A stretch of 64,000 bases of DNA from the IMG/VR virus record IMGVR_UViG_3300016649_000355. One strand, given 5' to 3'. The stretch is from a virus. Lineage: Duplodnaviria; Caudoviricetes. Each line of letters opens with the position of its first letter. Within the stretch, counting starts at the first letter, position 1. The notes beneath the pieces were generated by a model. That model ran no database searches. It worked only from the letters and a program-made list of their open reading frames with translations, and was not told the DNA's origin. The position numbers and the translations under genes are program-made. Positions 58,901 through 64,000 of this stretch are shown here, one piece after another.

Positions 58901-59176
58901 CCCCCAATATTCGGGCAACCTCCTAGTGAAGGGACAAAGAGTGCGTTACAAAAACAATTAGATAAACAGAATGAAATTTCTAATACTGTGAAAGAACTAC
59001 AAAAAATAAATGAGCAAGCTGTATTGGCACAGAAAGCATACTATCAAGCAAAAGTTGATTTACCACAAGGAGACCCAAAAATTCAACAAGCGTTGGATAA
59101 CTGGACTAGTATAGTGGATTCTCCTGAAAGACAGAATCTAAAGAAAAAACTAGCTGAATTATCAGGTACAGGATAA
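55955..59176 (+). CDS. gp5: Baseplate central spike (gp5/VgrG-like) with a long C-terminal extension
   Basis: OB-fold GIVKNNIDP..AGRIQVY, PPDIGTRVL.IF.NG; RRAGHTIVMDDG and GQSWIELGKEGTIDMY beta-helix, then ~600 aa of low-complexity Ala/Ser/Gly. Confidence 0.85.
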   Translation: MAQDEFLPRGSTKASKPTAGGANIRSVPVIGIVKNNIDPIKAGRIQVYLLDNSGTDPDNSENWKTVNFLSTFFGFTSGSAANEGYGTYTKNPTAYGQWNSPPDIGTRVLCIFVNGDENYGYYIGCIPEPETLFMVPAIGATENIVANEGEAQSYGGATKLPVSSLNVNNQGINDNPSFLKEARPVHSYAASVMFQQGILRDPIRGAISSSSQRETPSRVGWGVSTPGRPIYEGGFTDESAVQNLDSPNPKQLKIISRRAGHTIVMDDGDQIGRDQLVRIRTAMGHQILMSDDGQCLFILHSNGQSWIELGKEGTIDMYATNSVNIRTQGDLNLHADNNINLHAKKNFNLQAENINVNTEKEYKQRVGTNYLNYTMGKYMHKVDGTMSWDSKGVASYASSDVTYINGSKINLNTGSTSAVPEVVPPIPVIAHTDTLFDQTKGFIAAPAKLISITSRTPAHQPWVNSGQGVDVKVSLNASSELPSPPSASVTALNSASQGAATATPTVASSATVPGSIPISSALDKATTSTLVSAAATSAAAGPAASAIAKGAGIVNTAQGAIAVVGSTALNPKQLQTAGILKPGAATLINGLTQGGANVNAAMTTNLFTGKPGAESLSSLVQNPAGQVNATVVNLQKAQTALTSSGVLTGKEAPGAIAGVVNAASSLGVTPTLDALKTVAGNPNAVSSLIPSSKSLGAVSQAVSTGNFAAGLATNVTGGLGAVAGALAAKSGGVPGLSGAIDQAKGLAGSAFAAIASSFQPLKAGVPQNLGAIAGAAAEKVASEAASPLSGGSLPKLSVPSIGSLGSGLIPTAGGVTGISSTIASGLSSLPGGQSAISSVFNNAPGVKYQLPGGEGVSNLVKNASTSALNNISLGKAATSGLTSALSTAGGGLNVGSLQSSVGSLAGSLTGGLDKLKSGSGSLASLALSGIPAGIAAQMNSALSSLSSGGSLPIKVPAVAINTTNRDEIGASVTSTLGDAKIPPPIFGQPPSEGTKSALQKQLDKQNEISNTVKELQKINEQAVLAQKAYYQAKVDLPQGDPKIQQALDNWTSIVDSPERQNLKKKLAELSGTG

Positions 59177-59184
59177 ATAATATC

Positions 59185-59634
59185 ATGCCGACATATATAG
59201 GATTTTCAACAATAAACGCGAATGAAATAAAATCAACTAATCTTACTTCAGGAGTTGACGGTGGTATAGGTAATACTACTAAGCCATTAATAATGGGAAA
59301 AAAGTATAGATTAGTTGACGAACCACTGGTGATCAGGGATTTTATTAATGCATTATCGATCAGACAGGGAGAAAAGGTTGGCAATCCTGAATATGGCACA
59401 ACACTCTGGAACTTTGTATTTGAACCCAATACTGCTGATACTCAGTTTCAATTAGAAAATGAGATCAGGCGTGTTGCGAATCTTGATCCCAGATTGATAG
59501 TTAACACCGTAAAAGCATTTCCACAAGAAAATGGAATACTTGTCGAAGTAGAGATAGCTATCGCTCCCTTCAATAATGCAGAGATAATAAGTGTGTTTTT
59601 CAGTCAGGCACTTAATCAAGCCATCTTACAATAA
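59185..59634 (+). CDS. gp25: Baseplate wedge protein (gp25-like)
   Basis: YIGFST, D..LVIRDFINALSIRQGEKVGNPEYGT.LW.FVFEP and DPR motifs; TAAATA at 59174-59179. Confidence 0.92.
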   Translation: MPTYIGFSTINANEIKSTNLTSGVDGGIGNTTKPLIMGKKYRLVDEPLVIRDFINALSIRQGEKVGNPEYGTTLWNFVFEPNTADTQFQLENEIRRVANLDPRLIVNTVKAFPQENGILVEVEIAIAPFNNAEIISVFFSQALNQAILQ

Positions 59635-59687
59635 CCTTAAAAAAGTGGATTTTTAGGTATGATAAATACTTAAAAGAGAATAGGGTT

Positions 59688-62600
59688 ATGGCAACAAGTT
59701 CAAGACAATCTCAATTATTTGGTGTGAATGACTGGAAAGCAATATACCAGACATTCCGTGAAGCTGACTTCCGTAGTTATGACTACGAGACACTGCGCAA
59801 AAGCTTTATCGACTACCTTCGCATTTACTATCCCGAAACATATAACGATTTTATCGAGAGCAGTGAATTCGTTGCATTAATGGATGTTATCGCATTCATG
59901 GGTCAAGGTTTAGCTTTTCGCAATGATCTGAATACCCGCGAAAATTTTATAGACACCGCTGAGAGAAGGGATAGTGTAGTAAAACTGGCTAATTTAGTAA
60001 GTTATACAGCAAAAAGAAATCTTTGTGCTGAGGGCGTGTTAAAAGTAGTTAGCATACAAACAACACAAAATGTAACTGATCTAAACGGTGTAAATCTAAG
60101 CAATATTCCTATATTATGGAATGATCCTGCTAATCCTAATTTTTTAGAGCAATTCAACGCCATCATTAATGCAGCACTTGTAGATTCACAGCGCATAGGT
60201 AGACCCGGAAATAGTGCAGATATTCTTAATGTAAAAACGGATGAGTACTCTATCAGTGTCCCATCAACTGTTCTTCCAGTCGTCCCCTTCACATCTACCG
60301 TTGATACTATCAATATGCCTTTTGAGTTAGTTAGTGTTACTAGTGTTGATAGTCAATCATTATATGAAATACCACCGGCACCTAGCGGCAGATTTAATAT
60401 ATTATATAGAAATGATAGACTTGGATTTGGAAGTCCAAATACTGGATATTTTTTCTATTTTAAACAAGGCACGCTTTTAAATTATGATTTTAATTTAGAG
60501 CAACAGATTTCAAATCAGGTTATCGATATAGATATTCAAGGTGTCAATAATACCGATACATGGTTGTATCAACTAAATGTAAACAACGATCCCAATGGTA
60601 GATTATTATGGAAGCAAGTTCCTAACATCTATGCAGACGCATATCTACAAACTGAGACAAGCGCAAAGAAAATCTTCTCGGTGGGTTCAGGATTCAACGA
60701 TGCGGTAAATTATGTTTTCGGTGATGGAGTCTTTTCTGAAATTCCTGTAGGAAGCTTTAGAGCGTATGTGAGATCCAGTAACGGTCTTACATACACTGTC
60801 GATCCCAATGAAATGCAAGGAATAACTGTATCTTTCACATATGTGTCTAGGTTAGGTAGAGCAGAAACATTGACTGTTGTTTTATCTTTGCAATTGCCGG
60901 TATCTAATGCACAGGCTAGAGAAAGCCTGTCAAGCATCAAGCAACGGGCTCCCACAAGATACTATACACAAAATAGAATGGTTAACGGAGAAGACTACAA
61001 CAACTTTCCATATACCTTGTATAGTTCAATAATTAAATCAAAAGCAGTCAACCGTAGTTCTGTGGGTGTTTCAAAAAATATTGATTTATTAGATCCCACA
61101 GGAAAATATTCCAGTACTAATTCTTTTGCAAGTGATGGCGCATTATATAGTGATGATACTGATGGTGCATTGACCTTGCAAATTTTTACATTGGGTAATA
61201 TTATCACCTTCTTAACAGATACTTTATCTTCAGTTTTATCATCTAATAGAGCTATTCAATATTATGTTGCTAATTATTCAAGATACAATATTAATTCTTC
61301 GTCCGGTGATGGAACAGTATATTGGCAAACAAGCACTGTCGATTCTAACTCTGAAACAGGTTATTTTTATATAATTAGTAACAACATTGATACTCCCATA
61401 GCATTAGGAACATATTCTACAAACAATGTAAAATATGTCACCAACGGTGCCTTGATAAAATTTGTTGCTCCCTCTGGTTTCTATTTTGATAATAATAATC
61501 GATTGGTAGCAGGCATCCCCCCATCTGAAAATCAAACTTATTTTTGGACATCAGTATTAAATGTGATCGGGGACGGATACAATAACGGTGAGGGGCAGTT
61601 TTCTAACGGAACGGGACCCGTAGTATTAAATGGATATGTCCCTTCAGGTGCAGTACTTACTGAAGTACTTCCAGCTTTTGATAGCACTTTACCTAACGAT
61701 GTAGTGCAAGAAGCAATTGTAAGAATGGAGTTACAACAAAATTTCTCACTGGTTTTTAATAATTCATTATCTATAAATCAAAATAGGTGGATAATTAGAC
61801 CATACAGTGAAACGAATTATTTTGTAAACTTTTTAAGCAATGGAAATAACAGATATACTGTTACATATAAATCATTAGCATATTATTTTGGTAGTGTGAG
61901 TGATGTTAGATTTGCATTTGAAGCTGATAAGTTAGTATATGATCCCTTTTCAGGAAAAATTTTACAGGATTTTGTAAATGTGTTAGCAACTAACACACAA
62001 CCCTCTTCAAATAACCCTCTGTCAAATAATATAATTTTAAATGTCATCGGTCAAACAGTAGAATCAGATGGATATATCAACGACTTTGAGGTAGAAGTTT
62101 CTACTACTGATGTCAATAATAGATCATTGATCACGAATCCAGACTTTTTCAACATCGTGACGGGTTACACTGTTGGCAATGCTAACATTGGAATCTATGT
62201 ATTTTTTGAAGAAATACAGGATGCGATAAGCTTAACAAGATTGCAGATTGTTCCAACCAGTGAGGTAGTGTTTTCGTATCCTACAAAAACTCAAATAGAA
62301 ACTGTAAAATATGATTATCCATTGGGTCAATTATTCTATGCCTATACTGATAATAAATTTTACATTTCAGTTCAAGATCAGGCAATCAATACTCCTTTTT
62401 ACACTTTGGTGGAGCAACCACAGTATAGTGTTAAACCCGGTAGACAGGCATTAGCATATCAATATAGACACAATTCAAATAATACAACACGCATCGATCC
62501 AGCAACCACAAATATCATCGATTTATATCTAGTAACACAGGCATACTATACACAGTATCAAAATTACATACAAGATACGACAGGTAGTGTAACAGAACCT

Positions 62601-63065
62601 GCTAGACCCACAATCAATGAGTTGAATGCTGCATATGGGCAATTACAAGATTACAAGATGCTTAGTGATAGTGTGGTGCCTAACAGTGTTATTTTTAAAC
62701 CGTTATTTGGTTCAAAGGCTGCTCCAGCATTGAGAGCCACGATCAAGGTGATCAAAAATTCAAATACTGATGCAAGTGATAGTGAGATCAGGAGTTCAGT
62801 ACTTGCTGCTATGAATTCTTACTTTAATATCAATAATTGGAATTTTGGGGATACTTTTTATTTTTCAGAATTAAGTGCATATCTGCACTCTGAAGTAGGA
62901 GAACTAATCAGTTCCGCTGTTCTCGTTCCAAATGATCCTACAATGAAATTTGGCGATCTTTATGAAATAAAATCAGCACCCTATGAAATTTTTGTTAATG
63001 CCGCCACAGCAACAGATGTTCAAGTTATAGCTGCATTGACGCCCACTGAGCTACAAATTGGATAA
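59688..63065 (+). CDS. gp6: Baseplate wedge protein (gp6-like)
   Basis: DFRSYDYETLRKSFIDYL, ESSEFVALMD.IAF, NFIDTAERRDSV.KLA, VFGDG and QNRMVNGEDY motifs; TAAATA at 59663-59668. Confidence 0.9.
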   Translation: MATSSRQSQLFGVNDWKAIYQTFREADFRSYDYETLRKSFIDYLRIYYPETYNDFIESSEFVALMDVIAFMGQGLAFRNDLNTRENFIDTAERRDSVVKLANLVSYTAKRNLCAEGVLKVVSIQTTQNVTDLNGVNLSNIPILWNDPANPNFLEQFNAIINAALVDSQRIGRPGNSADILNVKTDEYSISVPSTVLPVVPFTSTVDTINMPFELVSVTSVDSQSLYEIPPAPSGRFNILYRNDRLGFGSPNTGYFFYFKQGTLLNYDFNLEQQISNQVIDIDIQGVNNTDTWLYQLNVNNDPNGRLLWKQVPNIYADAYLQTETSAKKIFSVGSGFNDAVNYVFGDGVFSEIPVGSFRAYVRSSNGLTYTVDPNEMQGITVSFTYVSRLGRAETLTVVLSLQLPVSNAQARESLSSIKQRAPTRYYTQNRMVNGEDYNNFPYTLYSSIIKSKAVNRSSVGVSKNIDLLDPTGKYSSTNSFASDGALYSDDTDGALTLQIFTLGNIITFLTDTLSSVLSSNRAIQYYVANYSRYNINSSSGDGTVYWQTSTVDSNSETGYFYIISNNIDTPIALGTYSTNNVKYVTNGALIKFVAPSGFYFDNNNRLVAGIPPSENQTYFWTSVLNVIGDGYNNGEGQFSNGTGPVVLNGYVPSGAVLTEVLPAFDSTLPNDVVQEAIVRMELQQNFSLVFNNSLSINQNRWIIRPYSETNYFVNFLSNGNNRYTVTYKSLAYYFGSVSDVRFAFEADKLVYDPFSGKILQDFVNVLATNTQPSSNNPLSNNIILNVIGQTVESDGYINDFEVEVSTTDVNNRSLITNPDFFNIVTGYTVGNANIGIYVFFEEIQDAISLTRLQIVPTSEVVFSYPTKTQIETVKYDYPLGQLFYAYTDNKFYISVQDQAINTPFYTLVEQPQYSVKPGRQALAYQYRHNSNNTTRIDPATTNIIDLYLVTQAYYTQYQNYIQDTTGSVTEPARPTINELNAAYGQLQDYKMLSDSVVPNSVIFKPLFGSKAAPALRATIKVIKNSNTDASDSEIRSSVLAAMNSYFNINNWNFGDTFYFSELSAYLHSEVGELISSAVLVPNDPTMKFGDLYEIKSAPYEIFVNAATATDVQVIAALTPTELQIG

Positions 63066-63070
63066 GTATA

Positions 63071-64000
63071 ATGGCTACGAGAATTAGAACGCTTAATTTT
63101 TTACCGGAAGTTTTTAAGACCCCAACTAATGCACAGTTCTTAAATGCAACATTAGACCAGATCGTATCACAGCCTGCAGTCAGAAGAGTTGAAGGTTACA
63201 TAGGTAGTAAATTGGGTTATGGAATAAATGCCAAAGATTATTATGTAACAGAACCTACTAAAGTAAGAACGGATTACCAGCTTGATCCCGGAATCGTCAC
63301 AACAAAAATCGATGAAAGTACGGCTAAAGATTTTATCTCATATCCCGGTTTATTAGATAGTATCAAGTTAAATGGCGGCATCACAGATAATAACAGTAGG
63401 TTATTCAAGAGTCAGATTTATTCGTGGGACTCATTTACCGATCTAGATAAAATAATAAACTTCAATCAATACTATTGGTTGCCTGACGGCCCCGAAGCAG
63501 TGACAGTAGCAAGCGATACGATTTATAGTACCACCGATTATCTTGTTACAGATGTGATAAATGGTTATCAAATAAATCCTTTAGGTCAGTCAGGCGGAGC
63601 TTTAAACCCAACATTGACACTTTTAAGGGGCGGTACTTATAGATTTTCAGTAAATCAACTCACACAATTTTGGATTCAAGGCGAGCCCGGGGTAACTGGA
63701 TTCGATCCTTCCCAACCTAATATACAAACTAGAGATATATTAGGAGTAGAAAATAATGGCGCCACAAATGGAATAGTAACTTTTACAGTACCTAGTAAAG
63801 ATGCACAAAGTCAGTATAATTTTCCAGGAAATAATATTGTCGATGTAGTGAGTACCAGTACTTTTGCAGAAATTAATGGTAGACGAATAAGTGATATAGG
63901 TTCGATTGATGGAATAACTAGTCTCGATGGGTTAACTGTTATGTTTTATGAGACCGGTTTACCTAATGAAGTTGGGTATGTGTCAAAATTTTATGATGCG
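63071..64000 (+). CDS. Large baseplate-associated structural protein (probably gp7-like), truncated by the window edge
   Basis: Open frame MATRIRTLNFLPEVFKTPTNAQFLNATLDQ...DLDKIINFNQYYWLP...NPTLTLLRGGTYRF directly after gp6; it is not in the ORF track because it has no stop in the window. Confidence 0.7.
   Translation, partial: MATRIRTLNFLPEVFKTPTNAQFLNATLDQIVSQPAVRRVEGYIGSKLGYGINAKDYYVTEPTKVRTDYQLDPGIVTTKIDESTAKDFISYPGLLDSIKLNGGITDNNSRLFKSQIYSWDSFTDLDKIINFNQYYWLPDGPEAVTVASDTIYSTTDYLVTDVINGYQINPLGQSGGALNPTLTLLRGGTYRFSVNQLTQFWIQGEPGVTGFDPSQPNIQTRDILGVENNGATNGIVTFTVPSKDAQSQYNFPGNNIVDVVSTSTFAEINGRRISDIGSIDGITSLDGLTVMFYETGLPNEVGYVSKFYDA

Noticed and set aside
1-64000. Stop-codon reassignment, as seen in some jumbo phages
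   Set aside because: Conserved genes (metK, nrdB, gp23, gp20, gp46, gp6) are full-length under the standard code, and TAA, TAG and TGA all act as normal stops.
1-64000. tRNA or rRNA genes
   Set aside because: No cloverleaf with a GTTCRA T-loop and no rRNA-like sequence was seen in the few intergenic gaps.

Overview
AT-rich 64-kb segment of a large T4-like (myovirus-type) tailed phage. A proteobacterial host is inferred from the IscU and AhpC-like genes. From left to right it contains: (i) a host-like redox/Fe-S/SAM block (AhpC-like fragment, DUF1289, iscU, metK), a SleB-type cell-wall hydrolase, PAAR and glutaredoxin; (ii) class Ia ribonucleotide reductase, with nrdA split into two genes by a GIY-YIG endonuclease plus a small ORF; (iii) a ~21.4-kb array of seven Asn/Gly/Thr-rich fibre-like genes; (iv) the head module (gp23, gp22, gp21, gp20) and a tape measure gene with a GH19 domain; (v) a gp26-like gene with a probable -1 frameshift into a gp51-like frame; (vi) a ~430-nt GC-rich, highly structured intergenic element; (vii) a Holliday junction resolvase, gp46/gp47, a gp55 late sigma factor and a NUMOD4-HNH gene; (viii) the baseplate module (gp48/54-like, gp53, hub, gp5, gp25, gp6 and a truncated wedge gene). 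TAA(A/G)TA late-promoter boxes precede many genes. The best leads are the genes-in-pieces NrdA with oppositely charged junction tails, the RBS-occluding hairpin with an embedded late promoter ahead of the endonuclease, the candidate large ncRNA, and the T_TTT_TTC frameshift. All calls come from motif recognition by eye; no database searches or folding programs were run.
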